Notes: generated from the letters alone by a model not told the origin. Shown: positions 1 through 13,224, numbered from the whole stretch's first letter. The stretch: DNA of 62,827 nt, filler included, from 6 parts of 6 records of this genome joined end to end with filler, not necessarily neighbours in it; one strand, 5' to 3'. Numbers and translations: made by a program.

Positions 1-158
1 GTTGTTTTTGTTGTTGTTTTTGTTTTTGTTCGTGTCCTTTCTTTGGTGGAGAACTGCCTACCGCCCTGGTTTTTCACGCAACAGCTCCCCGTCCCCTCAA
101 GCTTCACTTTTTTTCAAAACCTGGCCCCTTCCCTGCCTTGCAGCAGTCGCAATCAAAC

Positions 159-1236
159 ATGGCCACTGCCACAGCAACGCAGAGCGTTATCACGCTCAAA
201 GGCTCCACAGCGATCGTCACGGAGTTTTTCGGGTAGGTTGGTTGGTTGGCACGGTGTTTTTGCCTTTTTCAAATACTTGGACTTTTTGATGAATGCTTGT
301 TCTTGGGACTGTTGCATCTGGTACGTACGTGTATTCATGCGATGTTGTTGTTTGTTGCACAAACTCGGTTGATACTGCAGGTACAGCATCAACTCCATCC
401 TCTTTCAACGAGGGATCTATCCTCCGGAGACTTTTCAGCACGTCAAGAAATACGGCCTGGGAATGTTGGTAACCTCCGACTCAGGACTTCGCGCGTACTT
501 GTCGCAGGTGCTTCAGCAGCTGTCGTCGTGGCTGATGGCAGGCCATGTGCAACGCCTTGTGCTTGTCATTGAGGGTGTGGAGAGCAAAGCACCATTGGAG
601 CGCTGGGTTTTCAACATCCAGCAAGACCAGACCGTGACTGAGGATGGTGCGTCGTCAGTTAGCACGCGTCTTTCTATTCGCCAGAGTGGCAGTTGGGAGC
701 CCTTGTTTAATGCGTAGCTGTTGGCTTGTATTTTGCGTCGACTTTTTTGCAGGGCCCGGGAAAGTCAAGTCCACAAAAGACATCCAGTCTGAAATCCAGG
801 CCGTCCTTCGGCAAATCACGGTTGGTTGGATTTCGAAGCCTCCAAACAGCGTTTCTTTCACCGTTCGAATTTCTGCTGCTCACCCATGAGTCATGCTTGT
901 GTTTTCCCAGGCCAGCGTAACTTTCCTCCCCATCTTGCAAGAGCCATGCACATTCGATCTGCTCGTGTACACTGACACTTCGGCGGATGTGCCGCAAACG
1001 TGGGAGAACTCGGATCCTAAATTCATATCAGATTCAACCGAGGTTTGTGCCCATGCATCGAGTGCCCGTTTTCGAGCAATGCAACGCTTCTCGTATCTTT
1101 GGCAACGTTTCCTTGTACCGTATTTTTGCTTATCAAACCACTCGTTGCGCAGGTCCGGCTGCGCTCATTCACAACTAAAGTGCACAAAGTGGACGCGATG
1201 GTCGCTTACAAATCGGTGGAGGATGACGATGTTTGA
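159..1236 (+). CDS. MAD2: Spindle assembly checkpoint protein MAD2 (HORMA domain), 5 exons: 159-232, 381-646, 753-820, 911-1042, 1153-1236
   Basis: Manual GT-AG splicing gives MATATATQSVITLKGSTAIVTEFFGYSINSILFQRGIYPPETF...LERWVFNI...IQSEIQAVLRQITASVTFLP...CTFDLLVYT...VRLRSFTTKVHKVDAMVAYK. These are MAD2 signature segments and the intron phases are consistent. Confidence 0.95.
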
Positions 1237-1532
1237 CCAACCTCGCCCTTCGCAGAGTCCACCAACGGATTGCAACGGGCCGAAATCCCTCCCAAAGTGT
1301 GATACTTTGGGCCGGATTGTTCGATGCTCCATGCTCTGGGCGTCGAAGCAGCTGGCAGCGATGAAACCATCATGCGCGTGGATAAAAAAGAGTGGCTTAA
1401 CAGAATAAATTAGAATGCTCGAGTGAAAAGCACAACGCTGCAATGACGACGTTGAGGTCTTACACGTATATCGCAGCGCAGTGTGTTTGGAGCCTGGACC
1501 AGATTGAACAGACCGAAAGTGTCACAGAACAC

Positions 1533-4500
1533 TCAGAGTTCCAGCTTTGGAAAGTACTTCAATAAACTGGGAGACGAAATTTCACGCGAGGTTGACTCGA
1601 TTGCCGACGCTGCAGCTGGGGACGACGGTGACTTCTGCACTTGCAGTTGTTTCAAATTTGACAGTCTGCGCGCTTGCGTATGGCTGGAAGCATGCGCGGC
1701 AGGTGGATGCGGTTGCTGCTGCTGGCGAATGCGACCAATCGAAAGGCGATTCCCATCTTGAAACAATTGATGGTGTCTCAGCGATGCTGCAGATGCTCTC
1801 AACGGAGAGGCGACCCGCAACCCATCACCAGCAGCACCCAGAAGTTCAAGCCCTAAAGCGCCAGTAACATTGAATTGCAGGGAGGAATGAACACTTCCGA
1901 TGCTCTGCGCAGCCCTCTCGATTGCAGATGGCGCGGAGCCGGGAGCTTCGTTGAATCGGGCTGATGCACTCAGAAGTGCTGCTGCCGAGGGCTTTACTCC
2001 TGTACGGCTCTCGAATGTGGAGAAAGACTTGGCAGCGTGGTGGCCAGCAGCTTGTGCCACTGTACGCGAGGCACCGCCAGCAGTGATGCTGGATTGTTGC
2101 TGGGCTTTGAAACTGAGTCCAGGTGCCTGGCTCTTCCGCAATAGCGCGAGAGTTCCAGGGCTCAGCATGGCTGTCAAAAAATCTGCGTCCACTCGCAAAG
2201 CCTCGGCATTCACCCCAGAAGTTCCTCGTTCGGGACCAACACTTGCCCGGCGGCGCGTGCGAGGCGAGGTCGAAGCTTGTGCCGCGCCTGGATTCTGCGG
2301 CGAATACTCTTGTGATGGATCTTCAACAGAAACACTGTCGCGGTTCGACTTAGCAGCAGCCGCAGCAAAACCAGAGCCCGCGGCCTGTCTTATCGATTTC
2401 GACCTTGGCGACTTCAGCAACGCCGAGGGTCGGGCTTGACCTTTGAACCGCGCCGCCGAAGCTGCAACGATGCAATTGACACAAACAACACAGCATGGCA
2501 AGGTCCATAAATCGAACAAGAACAACAGAAGACAAAAAAGTCGAAAAAACGCATACAGAGAGACTGCACAATTCGCGAGCCGAAGACGAACCAGCAGCTG
2601 CCTTGGCACGTGGGGTGATCGCTTTTTGCTGTCCACTTTGCTGCTGGCTGCCGCTGCTGCCACTACTTGCACTCCGCACACGCGTTTTGCCCGCCTTACC
2701 CCTGCCGGAGAGAGTTTTGCCCCTGCTCCCTCGACTGCCTTGGCTTCCAGACGACGACGCCCGCGTAGATCTTGTCTTTCGCCGTCCTTGGGTAGCACCA
2801 TTGCCATCACTGCGTCCGATGCGCGCCCTGCTGGACCCACTGGAGTTGATTCCACTGGGCGGCAATTGGGGTTTGGCGGAAAAACTCCCCGAGCTGTCTT
2901 CAACCATGAGGCGGTGCAGTGCAAAGCTCGAGTCCGATTTACGAATCGCTGCCGTCGCCTTGGAACGCAACCCAACGCTCGAGGACGACATCGCAAGCGC
3001 TGACCTGGCTTTTGCCAGCCGTTTTTTTCCTCCAGCATTGCGGGCTTTTTTGCGACCTTTGGTTTTGCCGCCCGCCTTTGTTCCTTTACGACGGTTGTTG
3101 GCCTTGCGTAGGAGTGCAGCGACGGAGGCTGGCGCGTTGGGTACGCCCGTGTCTGAATCCGAATCGGAGCCCGCGTCAAGCTCCAAATTGAGACCCTTAG
3201 GTATCACCGCGGCCTGCAAAGGCATTCGTCGCTGGTACGATACCAACAACAGTGAGTCATTCCAAATCGTGTGGGTCTGCGACTCAACGACAGGACAGAC
3301 AAGAAGGCGGAGACCTACTTCGATTTCCCGATAGGCAGCGTTTACTGCAGATTGGTCTGGATCACAATAGTCCAAAATCGTGTCGCAAAAGTGATGGCCG
3401 ACTTTCTGCAGAAGAAAAGTGTCGAAATGCATGGCTCGATATGGCCCAAAGTCTGCTCCGGCAAAAGATGCCTACAACAACACAACAACATTGAATCACA
3501 TCAATCAATGTGGGCACACATTGTCGATTGCTACAACATTCGGGGGCTTTGTTCGCATCGACATGGAATGGGGTGGTACTTACTTCGATTGTGAAGCTGT
3601 TGGCGATGCCGTGGTGTCGCCAATAAACAACTCGTGCTGTCGACGCTTTTGACTTTTGAACGGCAAAACTGCTGTGCTCAAACGAAAAAATATCAGCATT
3701 CTTCCACAGCATATGAGGGAAAATTTTGCCTGCAGGGTTCATGAGCGCGCTACGCGTCAATCGCCAAGTCGATTGGCAAACATAACGAGCACAGCCAAGT
3801 TGCTGAGCTGTGCCACTTACTTACCACGAATTTGACCAACCCGAGTGGGTTCTTTATCACAGCAGCCATACATGAACACGTTTTTCTTTCGGCTATGCCC
3901 ATGAAAGTCAACAGCCATGATGACATCGTGAGCAGCACTAAACTGCTTCACCATCTTGCGAAGGTGAAAAATTGTTGGATGCTCCGACTCTGACGGCGAC
4001 AGGTACCTGAGTCAAGGTGGTTCATCAACAACATGCTGAACTCAAACGCACAGACACAAACATGTGGTGCAGCGGTGTCTCGAGAACAAGCTAGAAACAC
4101 TCACTGCCGATTTAAATCAACGCCTGCCAGCGAGCATCGGTAGTTTCCGCACACAACCCCGTCTACGTTGAGCATTGGGACGATCTTGAAAACAAAATTG
4201 TCTCTAAGAATTCGCGCATCGACAGAGTCACCGCAAAGGTAGTCAATGACACCCTTCATCATCCAGCTCGCATTCGTCTCTCCCGGATGCACGCGGGCGG
4301 TCACAACGATGCCTTTGCGCATGCTAATGCGTTGGCGATCGCTATCCAAAGAGGTGATGGTCAAAAGTGGGCATTTGTTGCCTGCTAATGTCGTGCACAG
4401 CGATTCGAGACGAACAAACGAGTCGCGTTGACCATCTGCCGTGAGTCCATGCAGGTATCTGTGCGCGACATTGCAGTAAAGTACGGTTTACCATCATCAA

Positions 4501-6111
4501 CAGATCTCATGGAAAAACTGGGAACGCTGCACTCAGAGAGTTTCGACATGCATTCCTGCCTACACCCTCAACATTGAGCACCACGGACCGTTTCAGATCA
4601 CTGTATGTATAGGGGTAGCAGTATGCAAAGAAAATCGTGTCCGATGTTGAAGTGTCGGGCATGACCACGGAAAAAGTGGCAGTATAAAAGTGTCCAGAGT
4701 CGTGTTTGAGATCGTTGGCTGTATACCTACACAAAGTGAAAAAGAAGTACCATGAGGACAATGGCTGCGCGTTCATACTCAAAAGACGTGGATGTCGCAG
4801 ACAAAACGCACAAAATATCTTCACCGCAGCGAACCCAGCCTTCAGTTTCGTTTTCGATGTCAGGATCACTTTGGCCGAGCTCTGAAGCCACTCGATGCAG
4901 CTGCTGTGATTCTGTTGAAAACATCAACGGCTGCATTCCGTCGTTGAACAAACTGTCCGGTTTCAACATGTTAATGAAGTTGAAAATGTACCGGCGGTTG
5001 GGTTGTGCGTTGGTTACAGAAAAGAAGAACCATTGCGTGTGGCGCGAGGTATAAAGATCTGGTTTTGCAATCAAGTCATACCTGTCCAAGTCACGTTCAT
5101 AGAGGTGCATGAACCTAGCGCCTCAATTTGAACATCATCAGCAAAAAAAAAAAAAAAACCCAGCGACCCGCACGCACTCAAAATCGTTGATCTTGACTGC
5201 ACGGCGAAGGTTGCCGCTTTCAAATCGAGACTCAAACACCAACGTTCGGTCTGCCGCAATTCCCATACCGCTCTCCTCCGACTCCTCGCCTCCTGAGTCG
5301 CCCATGGCATTCTCTTGGCTACCCTCAACTTCGTCTCCTACTCCCGCCCATTCACCGGTGCCACTCTCGCTGAATTGCCGGCTACCTTTTCGCCGCCTTC
5401 GTCGTTGCTCCTGCATTTGCCGCTTCTTTTGCTGCTGCTGCTGCAATTTCTTTTTCTTTCCCCCACCACGCTGATGCCGTGGAACATACCATGGTCGTAG
5501 CTGGCCGAACTGTGGCTCCTGACTCTTCTGAGCCCCACCAGCGCCACTTTTATTGCTATTGCTGTTGCCATTGCTCCAATAAGGGCTCGGGTCTACCGAG
5601 TCGTACACGGTCTCGTCGCTGACGAGGTCTGGGTGTTTCTTACGCAGAACTTGCCGGGCCACGAACGCTTCCTGGACTGCCGGCCCTGGCGCCGGGAGCA
5701 GGGGCTCCAGCGAAGACTCGGGCTGGTCCGCCAACAGCAGCGACGGCATCGGCCACACCATTCGAAGCTGCTCCGGAATGCGCGGGGGTCCGAACACTTC
5801 ATCATCATCCATCTTGCTTGCTTGTTGGCTGGCTGACTGCTTCTGCTTATCAACAGAAACAACAACAGAGGCAGTAGCAACTGCGACTGCGACAAAGCTG
5901 CGCAGGTTTCACGGGACCCACCACGAAGGGGACCAACAACCATCTGCTCTGAATCCTTCAGCTGTTGCTGTTGTTGCTGCTGCTGTTGCAGCAGCAGCCA
6001 CCGCGCTCTCCATGTTTCTTGTCCAGCACAGGCAAGTGACCCAGTGTCTACGAGTATTTTCGTGCTTCCTGCAGCCTTTTTTTTCTCCTTCCCTTTTTGA
6101 GGAACTGCAAG
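1533..6111 (-). CDS. Cytosolic carboxypeptidase (M14D, CCP/AGBL tubulin deglutamylase family), multi-exon, probably 5'-truncated at the contig end
   Basis: Exons carry LVFESRFESGNL, HTQWFFFSV, FNFINMLKPDSLFNDGMQP, FAYCYPYTYSDL, TARVHPGETNASWMMKG (Zn ligands), FKIVPMLNVDGV..GNYRCSLAGVDLNRQ, DFHGHSRKKNVFMYGC, SFTIE (catalytic Glu) and GHHFCDTILDYCDPD, then a long Ser/Ala/Lys-rich tail. Outer exon boundaries are approximate. Confidence 0.9.
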
Positions 6112-6154
6112 CTGTCACTTTTCCAAAGCATGTCGACCTGGTTTCGATTTTGCC

Positions 6155-6202
6155 ACACACACACACTCATTCACACACGCACACACTCACTCACACACGC
6201 AC
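6155..6202. repeat. Imperfect CA/CTCA microsatellite at the contig end
   Basis: cacacacacactcattcacacacgcacacactcactcacacacgcac directly before the N spacer. Confidence 0.8.
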
Positions 6203-6302
6203 NNNNNNNNNNNNNNNNNNNNNNNNNNNNNNNNNNNNNNNNNNNNTTAATTAATTAANNNNNNNNNNNNNNNNNNNNNNNNNNNNNNNNNNNNNNNNNN
6301 NN
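6203..6302. other. Artificial contig-joining spacer
   Basis: N44-TTAATTAATTAA-N44, giving stops in all six frames; identical at all five junctions. Confidence 0.97.
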
Positions 6303-6548
6303 AAAAAAAAAAAAAAAAAAAAAAAATGCCCAAAAACCGCACTAAAAAAGCAATGTCACAAGAAAAGCCGCTCGCAAAAATAAATCATCCAACACTCGGA
6401 GTAGACAGACGGTTCAACAACATATTTATTTTAACAAAAGTCAATGCAAAGAACAGGGACTTCGTGTGTATGCACGTCCAAGTCCGTAGACACGTTCGGC
6501 GTTGGGCGTACTTGGGACACGCTGGAGAACGCACCAGGTGACATCCGC

Positions 6549-9500
6549 CTACCGGAACACGGCGTTCCCGCACAAGTTGTGCAATATTTCGGCGTTTTGC
6601 TGGTAATCTGGAGGTGCTGCTGCGCCATTGGTTTGAATCCGCGCTACGGCAGCCAACATCATCCCGACCCTTCCATAAAACCCACCGAGGTTAACCCAAA
6701 GTGACGCATCGCAAGCACAGAAAAGCACGTCAAGCACATACATTGGCAGGGTCGTGGACCGCAAGCGCGCACAGCTGCCCAACATGATAAAGCCACACCG
6801 TTTCTCAACTATCGGTCGAGGGACAGTTTGCATCAGTTCCGTAAACGCCCAAACAGCATTCGAAGCAACTCCAAACACTCGGGCCCGCACGTGGCGTGGC
6901 AGCACTCGAAGGATTGTGTCTGCATACGGCTCCAGCAGCAGGTCGTGGCAACCCTGCGGCGTAAAAGTGAAAAACACAATTGTTCGCATAGCCATCAGTC
7001 GAACACCACCCCCACCACCTCCAGCCATCATGATTAGCAAACTGCCTTGTGTGCAACACACAACACTGCCCCCGCCTGCACCACAGCAAAAAAGGATTCA
7101 CCTGCTCGGCCAGCGTGCCAAAGAGACAGCAAACTGTGTGGCTAAGAAATTCGGACTTGGCATCAAGAATCTGATTGCAATAGCGGTTCATGGGAATGAC
7201 GTTGTGATTGGGCGGCACGGCATCAAGCGAAAGTCCAGCGAACACAGGCTCATGTCAACCTGCGAACACCTGCCGTCGGCAACGCGCTGACCACACGTAC
7301 CTGCAACAAAGCGGGGACAAGCCGCTCGATGTGGGGAATGGCGCCCAGGGCTTCAGGCACACTGTCCCTGTCAAACGACTCGCAGAGGGTGTCCAGAAAC
7401 TGAAGTGCTGCAAAAAGAAGCATCGTCCGATGACGAGTCCCCGCCTCATCGGCGCGGAATTCCTGGCAGACACAGACCCGCGCGCACAATGATGTGCGAT
7501 GTTTGGGAGGAAATTACTGACCACAAACGTTTTATTGCGCGATGATGCATGTGCGCTCGCGCGCACAACCCAAACAGCTCATGAAAAACACTCGCAGGCG
7601 CACGACATCTTAAATGCAACGTTGTTGCTTTTCCCAACCTGCCGTAACGCGTCGATCTCAGAGCACTCCACGATCACGCTGCACAATTTACCCAATAGGT
7701 TTGGAGCCTAAAGGCGGGAGTTTGATCCCCGCGCCACACATCAAATGTCAACTGCATTGCATTCGCAACAAACCGAGGACCAAGTCGCCAAAGGCCTGCA
7801 ACGAACCAAACGAAACAAAGCTTCTGGGGCAAGCGCCTTCAGGCGAAGAAGTCGATCAAATGCGTCCGGGACCGCCGAGTACACTCGCTGGCCAAAAGCG
7901 CCCGCTTTCGACCAGGCATTGGCCAACGTTTCGACCACGGCATGCGAAACGCTAACGTCGCGAAGAAAAGGAACCAGCTCCTCTTGCTGAATATTGTATG
8001 CACGTCGTGAAGCCCAATGATGCGCGACACAATCAATCGGCGATGCACGCAAACAGCAGTGCAATGACATGTGACAATGCAGCCGCACTCAAAGCAACAT
8101 CAGCATCCGAAACCATCTTTTTTGAGCACGCACCGCAAGGCAAAATCCAATTGCCTGAACTCCCGATGAAAGGCTCTTGTCTTGGTACACATCACTACAA
8201 GATCAAAACATGGGAACGACATTCAAGGGTCACGAGCTATCGGCAATCAACCTGCGCATGGCACACTTTGCACGGCAAAATTTTATGGGTCAAGCGCTGA
8301 GCGATCTCCTGCAACGCACTCTCGCATGCCATCAGCCACGGCTTTGACCAACTTCAGGACGAAGGGCTCGAACGCAGCGCCAGCGCTTTCAGCCAAAGTT
8401 GAGATAGAATCGAAACTGATAACCACAAGCACCAAGTTGCAGGGACATTCCATGGCACATTCAACAACACAACACCCAGCCCAACCGCATCTCACATTTC
8501 TCGAAGCAAGGCAACTGCACACTCAATAGGTGACATGTCATCCACAACGTACGCCATCGTTTGAAGCCCCTTCCACTCACTTTTCGTCAGCAAAAGCAAC
8601 TGCTCCATCACAGCGCCAAATGCACCTGACGCAACCTGCCCCATCCAAGAGGCAATGGAAAAACCAAAAAAAAACACGATAGGCGTAAGCAACAAACGAA
8701 ACAGCTCGTCTTGTTGTTCTTCGGTCGCCTTGCGCGTGCAACATACTTTCGTACAGTACATGATCAAAACCACAAAACACGCACCTGCGCCTGTGCCGTC
8801 ACCCAAAATGCGAGCTGCGATATCGCCCAGCCCGATGTCTGTGCAACAATGGGCACGGGGCACGACAAGTTGCTCACCAGGAATTGCATGAAGCCCGGGA
8901 TCTCGTCAGCCAGGAGTTCAGAGCATTCCCCAGCAATCGCGCCAAAGCACAATACAGCTGCATCAACCTCGCGCCAGGCTCCTTCGCCAACGGCAGCCAA
9001 ATTGCTGTTCAATTTCGGAAGAATTGCCGGAAGCATCGCGTCTGGAGCGCCGTCGGCCAAAAAGATTAAGGCGCGACCAGCAAGATCACGAACAGTCACC
9101 GTTGCTTCGTCCTCCAAGTCAGCGGCCTGTGCATGGCAACGTCGACACGCAACATTCACGTGCATGCTGCAAGCAGAATCGCCACAGAAACGTAGTTTGC
9201 CGGACATGCAGGCGTACTTCATTCATGGTGCCTGCACGCTGCTCGATGACCTCATCGTCGCTGTCCATTTCACATTGCAGCAGCAATTCTTGTTGAATGG
9301 CTCCCATTTCTTCACCGGCAAAAAGGTCAGCGATGCGAACATCCAACGCAAGCTCTGCTGCTGCTTCATCTGCGTCTTCCAAGACGTGGAACCCGAGACC
9401 AAACGATTCCTGCACCTGTGGCAGAAACTCAGCCAGTTCGTGGCGTTGGAGCGTTGCGTACACACCGCAGCCTTCGTGGATTCCAAAAGTTTGCAAATCC

Positions 9501-12123
9501 AACCTAGCATTTGAATCCACGGATGTGCCGCAGCGGGAATAAATCAAAGAGCAGCCTGCCAGAATGTCACCGAGCATGCACGGATGCAGGCGACACGAAG
9601 GTATGCACAAAAACAACTTACTTCGCGGTAGCCGCGGAGTCTGGATCGTGCGCCGATTCGTTTGCCTCAATGAGAACCTGGCACACATGCCCATCCACCA
9701 CGAGGAACAAATCCACGGTCCGTGCGCCTTGGTCAATGCAAACCAAACCCACTGCTCCCAGCATGCAGATCAGACCACTCAAAAACAGTGTGAGACAAAT
9801 CTGGAACTTACCGGATCATCGGGTCCCACACGGCACACATCCACCAACAGCGGGGCCAGCACCGGAAGATGCTTGCGAAGCATTTCCTGCCCAAGCAGCA
9901 CCACCAGCACTTGTCGGTGGCAGCTGAAGGCATGGGCGCGCAACAAATGCCCGAAGCACAACCACACGCACACATGTGCTGTGCTGCTTGCACAAAACGA
10001 ACCACAAAGATGCCTTTATGTTCTTCATCGGACACAGCTTCTTCTCCACTCAGATGCCAAAAATAAATGCACGGTTCAAGAATCGGTTTACTTTGGCCTC
10101 CTGTTCTCAAGCCATGTATTGCCAACCCAGCGAAGGCATTCAGCAGGGGCTCTCCTGACAACGGAAAATGTCGATCGCGCACAAACTCGAGCAGTCAAGC
10201 ATCCACTTTTTGACTTCACAAGGCACTCCACACAATAAGCGTGATATTTCCCCCCCAACCCCAACCCAAACTTGCTCATGCTGCGGACGCATTCAGTCGC
10301 GGGATTATGCGGCTTGATCACTTACCAAAGCGTGACTTGCCCGGCAACGTGCAGTGCAAATACCTGGCAGGTGCGCGCCAACACGATGCAGTCAAATTCA
10401 AAAACATCCAGGAACCAAACGACACACGCTTTTGGCAGAGCGGGCACTCGCTAAAAACAGCCAATGAGCGCTCTCACGCAGGCACGCAGGAACGCAGGAA
10501 CGCTGCGCGCGCGCCTTCGTGCAGCCTGTGAGCGATCAAACCAAACGTACGACTCAAAAGCGGCCATGGAAGTCTCCAGCAGAGGCGCTTCAAGATCCTC
10601 AACCCCTGCGTACAGCCACCGAAATTTGGGGGTGGCGTTGTCAATGATACCTTCAAATGCGTCGCGTTCGGCGAAATGCTCGTGCTGTGCCACAGCAATT
10701 CGGACACCACGAACACGACCACATGCCGTGAGGTCAGGTGAGGTGAGTCACGCGCGCCGTTCAAAAAAACGCTTCACAAACTCGACCTGCACCGTTTTCA
10801 AAGCTAAAAACGCACCACGAGGACCGAACAAAAGTGAAGAAAGATCCGGACTGCGATGACCCGAATCGTGGCGCTGCTTGGGTGCACGAGAAAATAGTCG
10901 ACAACGGCACGCATCAGTAGGTGCAAAGGCCGACGCTCTTCATCGCCATCAACGCACTCCAATGCCGAAAGACAAAAGGCGACCACTTCTTGAATATCAT
11001 TTTCCAAATGCATGTACAAATCAATGAGAGCCAAGGTGGATATCTCTGCTTGCTCCACGTGCGGGCTCGGCTCCTCTTCCCTCATCTGTGCGTACCGCCC
11101 GAACTGTGCCAATGTTTCTAAGACCGCTGTGCGTGAATCTATCAGGTCATTGTGCTGTCGCGCGGATTTATGTTGAACATGACGAAGGCATTTGTGTACA
11201 TGTATGTCCAAAAACACGAGGACGCGCGTCGGAACAGACCACCATACAAATCCAATCCAATCGCAGGTTGCGCAAAAAATTGCAAAACTGTGTCACAAAA
11301 CGCCACGCATACATACACACGATGGGGCAGTTCAAAGAAAGCAGACGACGCACCGTCAGCTGCGCGCAGATTTCTGCAACCGCTTTCGCAACATCCGAGT
11401 CGGGGTCTGCCAGCATTCTCACCGCGTGACGGAACAAGAGCTCGGCAAACTCGGGCGGCAGCATTTCAAACAATAGCTCGAGCAGACACGCAGCCGCGAG
11501 GCGCAAATGGCGAGTGGCCTCGCCGTCCGACGTCAAGATGTACCCGACGCTGTTCAACGTGGCAGGATCGGTGAGATCCAAGCTTTCAAAATATAGTTGG
11601 AATAACCTTTGGAGCGAGCGCACCGAAGAAGAACGCCACACAGACAAAACAGCCGCAACAAAAAAATTGCAGCACAACCAGAACATTGCAGCAAGTCAAC
11701 AAGTGTCAAACGCCGCATCTTCAGTGCTCCGCGGCTAATGCAATGCATTCATGGGTGCCGCAAACGCGTAACAGCCGCAAGTGCCAGAAGCGGAGCCGTC
11801 GGCAGAATGAATTGTACGCACTGTGGTCGCTCGGGATCAAACTTGTCGAGAACCCCCGCGACATTTCCCAGCACTTCATTGTCTGCGACGATAAACTGGG
11901 GCGGGTCGGCCGTCAGCGCGATCAAGTCTTCCAGGGGCAAAGGCATCTTTGCCACTGGAGGTTCTCCGTGAACAGGGGGGAGGGCTGGCAACTCCTCAGC
12001 ATCAGGCGCAGGAAGCACCGGAGCACCGTCTGCGCCATCAACGAGCGGAACTTGAGGCTCCGCTGCAACTGCTCCTGCCCCTGCTGCTGCCGCTGTTGCT
12101 TCTTCTCCAGCTTGCGGATCCAT
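6549..12123 (-). CDS. Divergent transportin-1 / karyopherin-beta2-like HEAT-repeat protein, multi-exon
   Basis: Spliced exons give EPCIYFWHL...MLRKHLPVLAPLLVDVCRVGPDDPVLIEANESAHDPDS; TVRDLAGRALIFLA..APDAMLPAILPKL..WREVDAAVLCFGAIAGEC..IPGFMQFLVSNLS..PIVAQTSGWAISQLAFWV; FDSISTLAESAG; GVASNAVWAFTEL. These parallel transportin-1 segments (VRHLPKLIPVLV, LRKCSAAALDVLA, LGAIAEGC, CWTLSRYAHWV, VCNNATWAIGEI). Confidence 0.8.
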
Positions 12124-12224
12124 TCTTGTGGTGAATGCACGCGGTTGGCTGCACACGAATAGATTGGACGAAACGAGAGAAGGATTCCCGGCAGAGAGCG
12201 CGCGCGGGGGGGGGGGGGGGGGGG

Positions 12225-12324
12225 NNNNNNNNNNNNNNNNNNNNNNNNNNNNNNNNNNNNNNNNNNNNTTAATTAATTAANNNNNNNNNNNNNNNNNNNN
12301 NNNNNNNNNNNNNNNNNNNNNNNN
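12225..12324. other. Artificial contig-joining spacer
   Basis: N44-TTAATTAATTAA-N44; separates eukaryotic from bacterial sequence. Confidence 0.97.
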
Positions 12325-12367
12325 TTGCACCGAAACTAAAAACGATAGAAAACAGCGGAAGACAACG

Positions 12368-13183
12368 ATGACACAGCGAGTATTTATTACCGGCGGGGCC
12401 AGCGGCCTGGGCCGGGCTATTGCATTGCGGTATGCCAAAGAAGGCGCCAAGGTCTGTATTGGCGATATTAATCCCGAGCAGGGCATTGCCGTAGAGCAGG
12501 AGATCAACAACGCGGGTGGCGAAGGTTACTTTGTTGAGTGCGATGTGCGCCGGCTGACCGACTTTGAGAAGATCTGCGAGGACCTCACCGGCAAATGGGG
12601 CGGGGTAGACGTTGTGGTGAACAACGCTGGTGTCGCTTCCGCGGGCTCGATTGAAGACACCACCATGGCCGATTGGGAATGGATCATGGACATCAACGTG
12701 TTGGGTGTCGTTCGTGGCTGCAAGGCCTTTACCCCGCAGTTCAAGAAGCAGGGCTCCGGCGCGTTCGTGAACATCGCCTCCATGGCCGGGCTTATGCTCG
12801 CGCCGTTGATGGACAGCTACAATGTGTCCAAGGCCGGTGTGATTGCGCTCTCGGAAACCCTCAGCCAGGAGCTGCGAGACTCCGGTATACACGTTAGCTG
12901 CGTATGCCCGGCGTTTTTCCAGACCAATCTGACCAGCAGCATGCGGTCGGATATTCCGGGCATTCAGCAGAACGTCAACAAACTGATGAAACGCTCCACC
13001 ATCACTGCTGAAAACGTGGCCGAGGATATTGTCCGCTCGGTAGAGAAAGGCGATTTCTGGGTGCTGCCCCATGCCAAAGAGCGCCGCATGTGGATACTCA
13101 AACGCCACGCGCCCAAGGCGTTTGACTGGTTGATGTACCAGGAAAGCAAGCGCTGGATGAAGAAAATGGGCGGCAAGGCTTAA
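12368..13183 (+). CDS. Short-chain dehydrogenase/reductase (SDR)
   Basis: TGGASGLG Rossmann motif, VNNAG, NIASMAG, YNVSK catalytic YxxxK. Confidence 0.93.
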   Translation: MTQRVFITGGASGLGRAIALRYAKEGAKVCIGDINPEQGIAVEQEINNAGGEGYFVECDVRRLTDFEKICEDLTGKWGGVDVVVNNAGVASAGSIEDTTMADWEWIMDINVLGVVRGCKAFTPQFKKQGSGAFVNIASMAGLMLAPLMDSYNVSKAGVIALSETLSQELRDSGIHVSCVCPAFFQTNLTSSMRSDIPGIQQNVNKLMKRSTITAENVAEDIVRSVEKGDFWVLPHAKERRMWILKRHAPKAFDWLMYQESKRWMKKMGGKA

Positions 13184-13224
13184 GTCATCAATTAACACAG
13201 AATCAGGAAGTAAGGGAGAGCCGT

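Noticed and set aside
159-1236. Alternative genetic code in the eukaryote, suggested by fragmented ORFs
   Set aside because: MAD2 and the other traced genes translate cleanly with the standard code once short introns are removed.
159-1236. Bacterial HORMA/CBASS defence component
   Set aside because: It contains introns, has canonical MAD2 sequence, and has no CD-NTase or TRIP13 neighbour.
6247-6258. TTAATTAATTAA palindrome recurring five times
   Set aside because: It is always centred in identical N blocks, so it is a synthetic six-frame stop linker.
9440-9730. Ubiquitin-like domain in the transportin (LIYSRCG..DSNARLDLQTFGIHEG)
   Set aside because: Intron phase places the acceptor at 9504, so the LIYS part and the upstream beta-hairpin-like stretch are probably intronic.
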